Below, piece by piece: positions 1 to 10,156 of a DNA stretch of 52,978 nucleotides (position 1 is the stretch's first letter; every line of letters starts with the position of its first letter). Source of the DNA: Methylothermaceae bacteria B42 (lineage in GTDB: Bacteria > Pseudomonadota > Gammaproteobacteria > Methylococcales > Methylothermaceae). Below the pieces are notes generated by a model that worked only from the letters and a program-made list of their open reading frames with translations, searched no databases and was not told the origin of the DNA. The DNA lies in assembly GCA_001566965.1 (NCBI GenBank), contig LSNW01000036.1:1-52978 (forward strand), read 5' to 3'. The translations under genes were made by a program, and so were the position numbers.

Positions 1-112
1 GATTCGCGCTCAGTCAACAAGCTCAATATCATTCATTAATTTTCAACTTTTGGCGACAGTTACTTTGACATTTACCGGTACTATGCGTGATAAGCCCTAA
101 GACACCAAATCA

Positions 113-925
113 TCATTCGCCTATGCCAAATTCTAAGGCCATCATTATCACAAGTCCTAAGGCAAAACCTATGTGGGCAAAATGGGGTGTTTGACTGCGT
201 TGCGTTTCAGGTAATATTTCTGAAATAACAACATAAATCATGGCGCCGGCCGCAAACCCCATTCCATAGGGAAGAATATGCTCAGTAATTCCCATGCTTA
301 GTGCGCCTATCACAGCAAAAATAGGATCAACCATGGCAGACATTTGACCGAAAAAGAAACTTTTCCCGGGTGAAAATCCTGCCCGTAATAGAGGCATAGC
401 AACGACTATTCCTTCTGGGAAATTATGGACGCCAAGCGCCAAGGTAAGAATTAGAGCATTGGTTAAATCAATGGAAGGCTCGCCATACGAAGCCCCTGCA
501 AAAGCGATTCCCATTCCTAATCCTTCAGGAATGTTGTGAAGGATCATTGCTAAAACTAAAAGTAATGTTCTTTTCCAGTATTGGCCAGGTACCGATATGG
601 CTTTAGCGGTATCGATGACCGGCAGTTCTGGAAGGACTTTGTCGCATATCTGAATCCCCACCCAGCCTGATAAGAAACCGCATGCTGCCGGAAACCACTG
701 AAAAGGAGGGGCTATTTTGCTGGCTTCTATTGCGGGTATCAATAATCCCCAGAAACTGGCAGCCAGCATCACGCCAGCGGTAACTCCTAACATGAGGTCT
801 AGGATTTGTTTGCGGGGGCTGGAGAATAAGAAAACGGTGGCAGCCCCGAGTGCCGTGGATGCCCAAGTAAAAATGCCAGCCAACAGAGCCTGAAAAACCG
901 GATGTATTTCAGTAAACCACGCCAT
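113..925 (-). CDS. zupT: ZIP-family divalent metal (zinc) transporter ZupT
   Basis: 270-aa polytopic membrane protein with the paired ZIP signature motifs HNIPEGLGMG and HNFPEGIVV; length and topology match ZupT. Confidence 0.85.
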   Translation of the reverse strand: MAWFTEIHPVFQALLAGIFTWASTALGAATVFLFSSPRKQILDLMLGVTAGVMLAASFWGLLIPAIEASKIAPPFQWFPAACGFLSGWVGIQICDKVLPELPVIDTAKAISVPGQYWKRTLLLVLAMILHNIPEGLGMGIAFAGASYGEPSIDLTNALILTLALGVHNFPEGIVVAMPLLRAGFSPGKSFFFGQMSAMVDPIFAVIGALSMGITEHILPYGMGFAAGAMIYVVISEILPETQRSQTPHFAHIGFALGLVIMMALEFGIGE

Positions 926-990
926 AGTATTAGTATCCTATGATGGATTTACTGACAGTGTCTCCCAAAAGAATAGGCGCGTCAAATAGG

Positions 991-1791
991 TCAGCTTTCT
1001 TCTAAACAGCGATAAAGTAACTCTTTTACATTTTGCGGTTCAAAGGGTTTATCGCAAATGGCCGATACCCCTGCTTGTTGCACGCTGCTCAGGCTGGCTG
1101 TATTTTGTTCGCTGGTGACCATGATGATGGGCAGAAAAGGGTTGTTCAGCTCACGGCGGATAAAACAGGTCAGTTCCCTACCGTCCATTTCCGGCATGTT
1201 GTAGTCGGTGATAATCAAGTCAAATTCTTGTTGACTCAATATTTCCGCGGCTTCTTTGCCATCTTTGGCTTCGGTGATATTTTCAATGCCCATATCGTTG
1301 AGCACCCGGTGAATGTGTTTGCGAGCCATGCGGCTATCATCCACCAGCAATATGCGTAGGTTTTCAATATCGTAAGTTTCTAGTTGAATCTCTTCGGGAT
1401 CTAAATACTGTAAAGTCGTTCTCAAGGCGCGAGTCAAGTCTTTACTATCGAAAGGCTTGGGTAGAATAGCAACAACTCCTGCTTGCCTAACAGGATCTAA
1501 GAGTTCAATATGAGATTCGCTGGAAACCAGCAAAAATGGCAGTTGATGCAGAGAGGGATCGTTGCGGATTTTAGTCAATAGTTGCACAGCAGTCATATCG
1601 GGCAGATACATGCTGCTAATCACTAGATCCGGGACAAAACTGCTCAGTAACTGAAGCGTTTCCTGGCCGCTTCTACTGATTTCTACTTTATCAACCCCCT
1701 GTTCATGCAGCCGATTGAGTATAATTTTGGCTTGCGAGGTGGAGGGTTCCACCAGCAGTAACGCTAAATCTTCAATAGCAAGCGATTCCAC
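991..1791 (-). CDS. Response regulator made only of two tandem CheY-like receiver (REC) domains; no output domain
   Basis: 266 aa. The second REC is canonical (LLVDDSRMARK ... DLIITDYNMPEMDG ... KPF). The first REC keeps the fold motifs (LPDMT, KPF) but has Ser where the phospho-acceptor Asp should be (DLVISSMYLP) and lacks the N-terminal acidic pair. Confidence 0.75.
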   Translation of the reverse strand: MESLAIEDLALLLVEPSTSQAKIILNRLHEQGVDKVEISRSGQETLQLLSSFVPDLVISSMYLPDMTAVQLLTKIRNDPSLHQLPFLLVSSESHIELLDPVRQAGVVAILPKPFDSKDLTRALRTTLQYLDPEEIQLETYDIENLRILLVDDSRMARKHIHRVLNDMGIENITEAKDGKEAAEILSQQEFDLIITDYNMPEMDGRELTCFIRRELNNPFLPIIMVTSEQNTASLSSVQQAGVSAICDKPFEPQNVKELLYRCLEES

Positions 1792-1862
1792 GAATTGCTC
1801 CTGAAAACAGTCATTTCATTAATTCAAGCATAGGCGATTTGCTTCCAAGCACAAGGGTTCCC

Positions 1863-2543
1863 ATGTCGATTGTTTCTTTAGTGGAAGTCAGCAAATCCTA
1901 TCTTGAAGGCGATGACAGACACTGGATATTTAAAAGCATCTCAATGGCAATTGAAGCCGGTGAATTTATTGTTTTACTGGGAAGGAGCGGTTCCGGGAAG
2001 TCCACTTTACTCAATTTGATAGCCGGTATTGATGCGCCCGATTCCGGCAAAATCACTGTCAGTGGCAACGAATTAAATCAGCTCTCAGAAACGAGTCGCA
2101 CGCTGTTTAGGCGCCGTCATATAGGTTTTGTTTTTCAGTCATTTAATTTGATTCCTACTTTAACGGTGAAAGAAAACATTCTTTTCCCCTTAGAACTTAA
2201 TAATCTGCTAGATAATATTTCGCAGGAAGAAACCGCAGAATTACTCAACCGCTTAAGGCTGCAAGGCCGCGAGAATACCTTCCCGGACCGGCTTTCAGGC
2301 GGGGAACAGCAACGGGTGGCGATTGCCCGGGCTTTGATCCATCAACCGGATATTGTGCTGGCGGACGAACCTACTGGCAATTTGGATCTGGAAACCGGCC
2401 GGGAAGTGCTGAATCTATTAGACGAGCTTGTTCGCGAACGGGGAAAAACCTTAATTATGGCAACCCACAGCCAGGAAGTGATTGGCATGGCTGACCGTAT
2501 CCTGACGCTTCGCCACGGCCAGTTAGAATCTGCTGGCCAATGA
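1863..2543 (+). CDS. ABC transporter ATP-binding protein (MacB/LolD/YbbA type)
   Basis: Walker A GRSGSGKST, Q-loop, ABC signature LSGGEQQRVAIARAL, Walker B IVLADEPT. The ORF-track start at 1839 is TTG; the first ATG (MSIVSLVEV) is at 1863. The 3' end overlaps the permease gene by 4 nt. Confidence 0.85.
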   Translation: MSIVSLVEVSKSYLEGDDRHWIFKSISMAIEAGEFIVLLGRSGSGKSTLLNLIAGIDAPDSGKITVSGNELNQLSETSRTLFRRRHIGFVFQSFNLIPTLTVKENILFPLELNNLLDNISQEETAELLNRLRLQGRENTFPDRLSGGEQQRVAIARALIHQPDIVLADEPTGNLDLETGREVLNLLDELVRERGKTLIMATHSQEVIGMADRILTLRHGQLESAGQ

Positions 2544-5059
2544 CTTCGCTTTCCTTTCTGGCAGGATTTCGTTTTCTCAAGCATCATCCATGGCAAATTT
2601 CGCTGACGCTTTTTGGCGTCGTACTGGGCGTGGCGGTAGTGATCGCCATAGATTTGGCGAAAACAAGCGCGTTGGTTTCATTCGATCGGGCCACTGCCGC
2701 GGTTCTAGGCAAAGCCACCCACAGAATCACTGCAACTGACGGCCTGGATGAGAACCTGTATCGAAAACTGTGCTTGGGGGGTATTCGCAAGATCAAGCCC
2801 GTGGTGGAAGGTTATATCCAGGCGCAAGGTGACTCACTCAAGTTGATTGGCATTGATGCCTTGGCGGAAGCCGGATTTGATTCTCTTTGGACGCAAACAT
2901 CGGGACAACAAGGATTCCAGTTGTGGCGGCGGATAATTACAGAGCCAGGCGCTGTGGCGATGGGGAAATCGCTCGCAGAAAAGTTGAACTTGAAATTGGG
3001 CGATACATTTAAAATCAAAGCCGGCGAAAAAGATCAGAAGCTGCATCTGGTTGGTATCCTTAATCCCAGCAATGCGCTTCAGCGTCAGGCACTGAAAAGT
3101 TCGGTAATTACCGATATTGCAACTGCCCAGGAGATCTTTGACAAAATTGGCCTGCTGACAGCCATTGATGTGATAGTGGATGAAAATCAGCCGGAAGCTG
3201 AAATATTAAAGTTGTTGCCGAAAAACGCCGATTGGATGACGCGGGAGGCCGGTAAAACCTCCGCACGGCAAATGACCCGGGCTTTCTATATCAATCTGAC
3301 GGCATTGAGCCTGCTTTCCTTATTGGTCGGCATGTTTTTGATATACAACAGCGTCAGTTTTCTTGCTGTTCAACGCCGCAAATTATTCGGTATCTTCCGG
3401 GTGTTGGGTCTCACCCACCAGCAAATTCTTTTAGGCGTACTGTTGGAAGCAGCTATGTTGGGTATGCTAGGAAGTTTTCTGGGCGTTTTGTCAGGGATTG
3501 GACTGGGCCGGGTCCTCTTGGATTTACTGGCCAAAACGCTCAATGACGTGTATTTCCCTATGCCGGGGGCTGAATTGTCGCTGCAACCATTTTCCCTGAT
3601 GAAAGGATTCGTTTTGGGATTGGGCGCCACGCTGCTGGCCGCGGCCAAACCGGCTCTGGAGTCCTCCCGGGTCAACCCGGTGACCGTGATGGCTCGTTCG
3701 GTACTGGAACATCAGGCCCGAAGGCGTGCGCGGGCTGCTTTTGTGGCTGGTATCGTTATGGTGGGTACTGGGTTGATGATGCTTGCCGCCACCTCTAAAC
3801 TCACGGCCGGTTTTGTTGCCCTGACTTTGGTCGTGCTCGGCTGTGCCCTATTTATTCCATTATTGACCTTGTTGCTTATGCAAGGCTTGCAAAACCTGGG
3901 TGGAAAGCTATTTGGCATTCTTGGGCGAATGCCGCCCCGCTCGGTTTCTGTTTCCCTCAGCAGAACGGGCGTGGCAACCGCGGCGTTGATGGTGGCAATG
4001 GCCACGACCATAGGAATGAGCTTGATGATCCACAGTTTCCGTCATTCGGTTGCCCTATGGTTGGAACGACGCCTGGATGCCGATTTCTATCTTTATACCT
4101 CTGGCCGCGATGTCACCCGGCGTCCGCAACTTCCCCTCGAATTTGCACGGGAAATCCTGAAAGTACCTGGCGTGGCGGGCATTGGCAGTGTCCGTTATTT
4201 ACGTCAACCCACGGATCATGGATTTTTACGGATCAACGCCTACCAAATTACTCCTCAATCCTTTGCTATCTTCCAATTCAAGAAAAAGGCAGTAGCGGAC
4301 GTATGGGCCGCCTTTCAAAATGGCTGGGTAATTGTTTCCGAGGCGTATGCTTCACTCCATGGCGTAGAAGCCGGCGATACCATCCAGTTGCCGACGGCCA
4401 ACGGCATGCAACCGTTTAAAGTGGCGGCTGTTTTCATCGATTACAATGCGGGCCGGGGGATTGTGGCGATGGATCGCAAGATTTACAACCAGTATTGGCA
4501 TGACGATCAAGTTTCCACCTATTGGATTTATTTGAAAGACGGCGCTGATTCGGACGCCGTTACTGATAATCTGCGTAACCTCAAGCCTGCGGGATATTTG
4601 CAGATCAGCGATAACCGGAGCTTGCTGCGCCTGTCTCTGCGGATTTTCGATCAAGCCTTTGCCGTGACGACATTATTGCGATGGTTGACCACTGGCGTGG
4701 CGTTTGTTGGTGTGTTCAGCGCGCTGCTTGCCTTGCAGCTGGAGCGAGTCCGGGAAATGGGAATCCTCCGGGCCTTGGGATTGACGCCGCGGCAACTGTG
4801 GGGACAAATTTTGGCGGAAACCGCCTGTTTGGGGATACTGGCTGGCGTACTGGCTATTCCGGTGGGTATCACCATGGGTTGGCTTTTGATTGAAGTAATC
4901 AATCACCGGGCCTTTGGCTGGACGTTGGAGATGACCATCGACGGTTCTATCCTTGTGGGCGGGGTAGCATTGGCGGTGACGGCCGCTGTGCTGGCAGGTT
5001 TGTATCCCGCCTGGAAGATGTCGCGGACTTCTCCCGCCGAGGCATTGCGATACGAGTGA
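2540..5059 (+). CDS. ABC transporter permease of the FtsX/MacB-like family (YbbP-like, duplicated FtsX modules)
   Basis: 839 aa. It has two blocks of 4 TM helices separated by a large soluble region, as in FtsX-domain permeases. It is translationally coupled to the upstream ATPase. Confidence 0.8.
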   Translation: MTSLSFLAGFRFLKHHPWQISLTLFGVVLGVAVVIAIDLAKTSALVSFDRATAAVLGKATHRITATDGLDENLYRKLCLGGIRKIKPVVEGYIQAQGDSLKLIGIDALAEAGFDSLWTQTSGQQGFQLWRRIITEPGAVAMGKSLAEKLNLKLGDTFKIKAGEKDQKLHLVGILNPSNALQRQALKSSVITDIATAQEIFDKIGLLTAIDVIVDENQPEAEILKLLPKNADWMTREAGKTSARQMTRAFYINLTALSLLSLLVGMFLIYNSVSFLAVQRRKLFGIFRVLGLTHQQILLGVLLEAAMLGMLGSFLGVLSGIGLGRVLLDLLAKTLNDVYFPMPGAELSLQPFSLMKGFVLGLGATLLAAAKPALESSRVNPVTVMARSVLEHQARRRARAAFVAGIVMVGTGLMMLAATSKLTAGFVALTLVVLGCALFIPLLTLLLMQGLQNLGGKLFGILGRMPPRSVSVSLSRTGVATAALMVAMATTIGMSLMIHSFRHSVALWLERRLDADFYLYTSGRDVTRRPQLPLEFAREILKVPGVAGIGSVRYLRQPTDHGFLRINAYQITPQSFAIFQFKKKAVADVWAAFQNGWVIVSEAYASLHGVEAGDTIQLPTANGMQPFKVAAVFIDYNAGRGIVAMDRKIYNQYWHDDQVSTYWIYLKDGADSDAVTDNLRNLKPAGYLQISDNRSLLRLSLRIFDQAFAVTTLLRWLTTGVAFVGVFSALLALQLERVREMGILRALGLTPRQLWGQILAETACLGILAGVLAIPVGITMGWLLIEVINHRAFGWTLEMTIDGSILVGGVALAVTAAVLAGLYPAWKMSRTSPAEALRYE

Positions 5060-5154
5060 AAAGCGTTTATCTTATGGCCCCAAGTACGTCTTGTCGTGCC
5101 GGGAGCGGCAATTAGTTTTACCGCGACATCTCACAATTCAAGTGACGCCAATCC

Positions 5155-6303
5155 ATGCCTAAAACACGATTATTTTCAACTGCCCTGTTTTTTTGGGCGA
5201 TAGCGCTTTTTGCTTCCCTAACGTTTGCGGTGGTTCCCACCCCGCCTAAACTGGCGGCCGAAAGCTATATCCTAACGGATTTTCACAGTGGCACGGTCCT
5301 GGCCGAACAGAATGCGGATGAAAAACTGCCGCCCGCCAGTTTGACCAAGATCATGACGGTCTATGTGGTGTTTAAAGAGTTGAAGCAAGGCAATTTAAAG
5401 CTGGATGAACTTGTCACCGTGAGTGAAAAAGCCTGGCGGGCGCCGGGTTCGCGGATGTTTATTGAAGTCAACAAGCAAGTTCCTGTCGAAGATTTACTCA
5501 AAGGGGTGATTATTCAATCGGGTAATGATGCCAGCATTGCCTTGGCGGAACATATCGCCGGCGATGAAAGCACCTTTGCCGAGCTGATGAACCATCACGC
5601 CAAAGTTCTGGGTCTAACCAATACCAACTATGTCAATAGTACCGGCCTTCCCGATGAAAATCATTACACAACCGCCAAGGATCTCGCTCGTCTAACCCGG
5701 GCGTTAATAGCAGAATTTCCTGAGTACTATGGCTGGTTTTCCATTAAGGAATTCACCTACAACGGGATTACCCAGAAAAACCGCAATCTTCTGCTATGGC
5801 GCGATCCCACTGTGGATGGCGTGAAAACCGGCCATACGGAGGAAGCAGGTTATTGTCTGGTGGCTTCGGCCAAGCGTGATGACATGCGCTTGATTTCCGC
5901 AGTGATGCGAACCGCCAGCGAGAATGCACGGGCTAGCGCCTCCCAAGCCCTCCTCAATTATGGTTTCCGTTTTTTTACCACGCAAAAGGTTCACGATAAC
6001 GGCAAACCTTTGACTGAAGTCAGGGTGTATAAAGGAAAAACGGAAACCCTGCCCCTCGGGGTGACAGAACCAGTATATGTTACATTGCCAAAAGGCCAAG
6101 AGAAAAATCTAGTGACCGAACTGGTGGTGGAACCCTGGCCAAGCGCGCCCGTGGAAAAAGGCCAAAATCTGGGTAAAGTGATATTGAAAGTTGAAGACAA
6201 GGTGATTGCTGAAAGGCCATTAATTGCCTTGGAATCCATCGAAGAAGGTGGTTTGATCCGCCAGTGGATGGACGAGGCCTGGCTGATGATCAAGCAGTGG
6301 TAA
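5155..6303 (+). CDS. dacA: D-alanyl-D-alanine carboxypeptidase (class A low-MW PBP, PBP5/6 family)
   Basis: Signal peptide, then the S11 motifs SLTK (SxxK), SGND (SxN) and KTGHT (KTG). 382 aa. It lies in the conserved dacA-ybeD-lipB-lipA context. Confidence 0.88.
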   Translation: MPKTRLFSTALFFWAIALFASLTFAVVPTPPKLAAESYILTDFHSGTVLAEQNADEKLPPASLTKIMTVYVVFKELKQGNLKLDELVTVSEKAWRAPGSRMFIEVNKQVPVEDLLKGVIIQSGNDASIALAEHIAGDESTFAELMNHHAKVLGLTNTNYVNSTGLPDENHYTTAKDLARLTRALIAEFPEYYGWFSIKEFTYNGITQKNRNLLLWRDPTVDGVKTGHTEEAGYCLVASAKRDDMRLISAVMRTASENARASASQALLNYGFRFFTTQKVHDNGKPLTEVRVYKGKTETLPLGVTEPVYVTLPKGQEKNLVTELVVEPWPSAPVEKGQNLGKVILKVEDKVIAERPLIALESIEEGGLIRQWMDEAWLMIKQW

Positions 6304-7154
6304 TGCCGATGCACGATCCACTGGTTTATTTAAATGGTGAGTTTATTCCTCTGAGCGAGGCCACGGTTTCCGTCCTTGACCGCGGTTTTCTGTTTGGCGA
6401 TGGGGTTTATGAAGTTATTCCGGTCTACGGCGGCAAGCCTTTTCGACTCGATGACCATTTGCGGCGCTTGGATAATAGCTTATCGGGCATTCGTCTGCCT
6501 CCTCCCCTGACCCATGCCCAGTGGCAAGAAATCATCCACGGACTGCTGCAAGGTCAGGGCGATCAATCGGTCTATCTGCAAGTCACCCGGGGCGTGGCCC
6601 CCAAACGGGATCATGCTTTTCCCAAAGACGGTCAGCCTACGGTACTGGTGATGGTCAATCCCATGGAAACGGGCGAACCGCAAGCGGTAAAAGCCATTCT
6701 GGTTGATGACATCCGCTGGCAGTGGTGTCATATCAAAGCCATTACCCTGCTGGCCAATGTGCTATTGCGCCAGCAGGCCATTGACCGAGGCTGTCATGAG
6801 GCCATATTGGTGCGCGATGGCAAGGTAACCGAGGGCGCTGCAAGTAATGTATTCGCGGTGATGGATGGGGTGCTGGTGACGCCCCCAAAAGGCCCCCACC
6901 TACTTCCGGGCATTACCCGTGACGTTGTGCTGGAGCTGGCGGGAGCGAACGGAATCGCATTTCGGGAAGAGGAAATCACGCCGGATGACCTTAAACAGGC
7001 TGAAGAAATTTGGCTCACCAGTTCCACCCGGGAACTGCTTCCCGTTATCGCTTTGGATGATCAACCCGTGGGCAAGGGAAGACCCGGGCCACTGTGGGAA
7101 AAAATGCTTGGCATTTTCCAGGGCTATAAGCAATCACTCCGCAGCGGATCATGA
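6303..7154 (+). CDS. Class IV (fold type IV) PLP-dependent aminotransferase; D-amino-acid aminotransferase or PabC-like
   Basis: About 284 aa with EGAASNVF (the E-x-x-x-S-N-hF class-IV motif), the catalytic Lys region and the typical length. The start was taken at ATG 6303 (MPMHDPLVYLNGEF), which overlaps the dacA stop, rather than the upstream alternative start. Confidence 0.7.
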   Translation: MPMHDPLVYLNGEFIPLSEATVSVLDRGFLFGDGVYEVIPVYGGKPFRLDDHLRRLDNSLSGIRLPPPLTHAQWQEIIHGLLQGQGDQSVYLQVTRGVAPKRDHAFPKDGQPTVLVMVNPMETGEPQAVKAILVDDIRWQWCHIKAITLLANVLLRQQAIDRGCHEAILVRDGKVTEGAASNVFAVMDGVLVTPPKGPHLLPGITRDVVLELAGANGIAFREEEITPDDLKQAEEIWLTSSTRELLPVIALDDQPVGKGRPGPLWEKMLGIFQGYKQSLRSGS

Positions 7155-7420
7155 AAGAAAACCAACAAGACATTCTGGAATTTCCCTGTGACTGGCCCGT
7201 CAAGGCGTTTGGGCCGGGAACGGAAGCATTTGAATTGGAAGTGGTCAGCATAGTTCGTCGCCATGCACAGGATCTCAAGGAAAATGCGGTCAGAACCCGT
7301 CCCAGTAAAGCTGGGAAGTATAGCGCCGTGACGGTGACCATCCGCGCCCAAAGCAGAGCGCAGCTGGAAGCTATCTACACCGATCTGCGCGCCCACCCAG
7401 ACGTTGTCATGGTGTTGTGA
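7151..7420 (+). CDS. ybeD: YbeD/UPF0250 (DUF493) family protein
   Basis: 89 aa beginning MKENQQDILEFPCDWPVKAFG, characteristic of YbeD. It sits immediately upstream of lipB as in enterobacteria. Confidence 0.85.
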   Translation: MKENQQDILEFPCDWPVKAFGPGTEAFELEVVSIVRRHAQDLKENAVRTRPSKAGKYSAVTVTIRAQSRAQLEAIYTDLRAHPDVVMVL

Positions 7421-8130
7421 ACCAGGTCCGGGTCCGCTGGCTGGGGCAAGTGGAATATCAACCGGTTTGGCGCGCCATGCAACATTACACCGCCCGCCGG
7501 AGAGAACAAACCCTGGATGAAATCTGGCTGCTGGAACATCCCCCCGTTTATACTCTGGGGGTACGGGGTTATTCCCACCGGCATGGCAAGGATGAAGGCA
7601 TATCCTACCCTGTCGCCGGACAAGGGGACGAGCATATTCCTGTCATCCAAACAGACCGGGGTGGCCTGATAACTTATCACGGCCCCGGACAACTCATTGC
7701 CTACGTTCTTGTGGATTTGGCCCGCAAGGCGCTCTCGGTTCGGGATTTGGTGACAATGCTTGAAAACGCCGTTATTTCGGTGTTGAAGCAATATGGGATT
7801 CATTCTAAGGCCAGGGCTGACGCGCCTGGTGTTTATGTGAATGAGGCCAAAATTGCCTCGATTGGCCTACGGGTCAAGAAATTCCGGAGTTATCATGGCC
7901 TGAGTTTGAATGTTGATATGGATCTGACCCCGTTTCAACGAATCAACCCCTGTGGTTATCAGGGGCTAAAAGTTACCCAATTGGCCGATTTGGAAGTACC
8001 CCTGAAAATCCACGAGGTTGCGGTTCCCTTGTTGGACAGTTTGCTGCAACAGTTGAATTTTGATGCTATAGAAAGGGTGGAACATCAACTGCCCCGTTTT
8101 GAGGAAAACCTGGATGACCAAATTGCTTGA
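7417..8130 (+). CDS. lipB: Octanoyltransferase (lipoyl(octanoyl) transferase) LipB
   Basis: 237 aa with [11 protein letters not shown] and the catalytic Cys region (NPCGY); overlaps ybeD and lipA. Confidence 0.9.
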   Translation: MNQVRVRWLGQVEYQPVWRAMQHYTARRREQTLDEIWLLEHPPVYTLGVRGYSHRHGKDEGISYPVAGQGDEHIPVIQTDRGGLITYHGPGQLIAYVLVDLARKALSVRDLVTMLENAVISVLKQYGIHSKARADAPGVYVNEAKIASIGLRVKKFRSYHGLSLNVDMDLTPFQRINPCGYQGLKVTQLADLEVPLKIHEVAVPLLDSLLQQLNFDAIERVEHQLPRFEENLDDQIA

Positions 8131-9091
8131 CGATTTCCGCGCCCCCTCCCGGGCCCAGCCAGACACCCACCAGCGGGGCGCCGCCAAATTGTCCCGCATT
8201 CCAGTGAAAGTGGAGACTGTGGATCAGCCCTTGCCCAAGCCCAAGTGGCTGCGGGTCAAGCTCAGTGCCGATCCCAATGTTACCAGGGTTAAAGGTCTGC
8301 TGCGCCGCCATGGCTTATCCAGCGTTTGTGAGGAAGCCGCTTGTCCTAATCTGGGAGAATGCTTCGGACACGGCACAGCCACCTTCATGATTCTCGGCGA
8401 TCTCTGCACCCGCCGCTGTCCCTTTTGCGACGTTGCCCACGGCCGTCCAGCCCCTCCAGATCCTGAGGAACCCCTCAACCTAGCGCTGGCTGTGCGAGAG
8501 CTTAAGTTGAGATATGTGGTTGTCACTTCCGTCAATCGCGATGACTTGCGCGATGGCGGCGCCGCTCATTTTGCTGAATGCATAGCCGTGATTCGAGAGC
8601 ATGCGCCTGAAACTTTTGTGGAAATCCTGACCCCGGATTTCCGCAAGCAACAAACCAAGGCCCTGGAAATTCTGGCGCAACATCCGCCTGAAGTGTTTAA
8701 TCATAATCTGGAAACCATTCCCCGTCTTTACCGCCAGGCTCGCCCTGGCGCGGATTATCAGCTATCGCTGAACCTATTGCGAATGGCCAGGAAAACCATG
8801 CCCCAAGTGGCCACCAAATCTGGCTTGATGCTGGGGTTGGGAGAAACCAGAGACGAAGTCATCGCCGTCATGCATGACCTTCGCCGTCACCATTGCGAAA
8901 TGCTCACCCTCGGCCAATATCTGCAACCCACCCGTGACCACCTGCCAGTACAGCGATATATACCCCCAGAAGAATTTGATCAATTGGCTGAAATTGCCAA
9001 AGATCTGGGATTCAAACAAGTCGCCTCGGGGCCGCTGGTGCGTTCTTCTTATCATGCGGATCAGCAAGCCAGGGCATTACTTCAAACCTAA
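8114..9091 (+). CDS. lipA: Lipoyl synthase LipA (radical SAM)
   Basis: Two Cys clusters, [12 protein letters not shown] and CTRRCPFC (the radical-SAM CxxxCxxC). ATG 8114 (MTKLLDDF) is preferred over the track's alternative start at 8099. Confidence 0.9.
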   Translation: MTKLLDDFRAPSRAQPDTHQRGAAKLSRIPVKVETVDQPLPKPKWLRVKLSADPNVTRVKGLLRRHGLSSVCEEAACPNLGECFGHGTATFMILGDLCTRRCPFCDVAHGRPAPPDPEEPLNLALAVRELKLRYVVVTSVNRDDLRDGGAAHFAECIAVIREHAPETFVEILTPDFRKQQTKALEILAQHPPEVFNHNLETIPRLYRQARPGADYQLSLNLLRMARKTMPQVATKSGLMLGLGETRDEVIAVMHDLRRHHCEMLTLGQYLQPTRDHLPVQRYIPPEEFDQLAEIAKDLGFKQVASGPLVRSSYHADQQARALLQT

Positions 9092-9301
9092 TATTTGAAG
9101 GCCAGGAAAGCGGAGTCCTGCCTATTTGATTATAAAGTACTGGCGTTTCCCCATTTTTTTCAGGTATTTTTAACAAACAAAAGAGGAAGGCCAGTGAGGC
9201 GAAGGTATTAAAGTGGTCTTGGGGGCGCTGCTCAGTTTTATCGCTCAACTTTATGGCAACGTCCTTTTTTGTTTTTTGAGCAGCTGTCCATTATTGGGTG
9301 C

Positions 9302-10060
9302 TCAAAAGTGAGATCCGACAGTTATTCCTCCGTCCACAAAGAAAGTTTGGCCAGTCACAAATCGTCCGCCATCACTTGCCAAGTGCAACACCCAAGCCGT
9401 GATGTCATCTGTGGTTCCTAATCTATTAAGAGGGTGCAATGCAGCAAGTTTTTCTAGTTCATTAGGGGGCATCAAGTTGTCATACAGTGATGTACTAATT
9501 ACTGCGGGCGCAATTGTGTTGACTCGGATATTGTTCGCGGCAAATTCGATGGCCAAGTGTCGAGTTAATGTATGTACACCTCCTTTGGCAACCTGTGAAG
9601 CTGAACAAGGTGTCGTGGCAAGTGGGTGTTCAACCCACATAGAGCCTATATTTATGATTGCTCCATTATTGTTCCTAATCATCGATGGAATAACGGCCTG
9701 GGTTGTGAAGAACGTTCCTTTGACCGCCGTTGAAAGGTACATGTCAAGATCTTTTTCTGTTGCCTCCAAAAACGGCTTTGGTACGAAGATCCCGGCATTG
9801 TTGACTAGTACGTCAATGTTTCTGAACTCGCGTATCGCTGTTTCAGCCAACGCCTTACCTGTAGATTTATTCCCCACATCTCCTGGTACCATACATATAC
9901 GTGCTGCGTGATCTGGGTGCTCGTCAAAGAAACTCTCCAACCGGTCCTTACTGCGCGAATTAATCACTATATTGGCGCCCTTTCTAAGGAAAGCAGATGC
10001 CAATGCTCTGCCAATTCCTGATGATGCTCCTGTAATTACAGCCGTTTGATTTTCAAGCAT
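9302..10060 (-). CDS. SDR-family short-chain dehydrogenase/reductase
   Basis: 252 aa with TGASSGIGRA (the Rossmann TGxxxGIG motif), NNAG, and the catalytic S...Y...K region. The coding sequence is markedly AT-rich relative to its flanks. Confidence 0.85.
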   Translation of the reverse strand: MLENQTAVITGASSGIGRALASAFLRKGANIVINSRSKDRLESFFDEHPDHAARICMVPGDVGNKSTGKALAETAIREFRNIDVLVNNAGIFVPKPFLEATEKDLDMYLSTAVKGTFFTTQAVIPSMIRNNNGAIINIGSMWVEHPLATTPCSASQVAKGGVHTLTRHLAIEFAANNIRVNTIAPAVISTSLYDNLMPPNELEKLAALHPLNRLGTTDDITAWVLHLASDGGRFVTGQTFFVDGGITVGSHF

Positions 10061-10156
10061 ATTTGTCTCCGCTCGGTTAACTACGTGGCCATATTAACCA
10101 AAATTGTAGTATAGTTAAAACAGATGTTTTCTATAGAAAACATAGATGATATCTAT

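Noticed and set aside
1033-1359. 108-aa plus-strand ORF
   Set aside because: It is antisense to the tandem-REC response regulator gene, which has clear domain homology.
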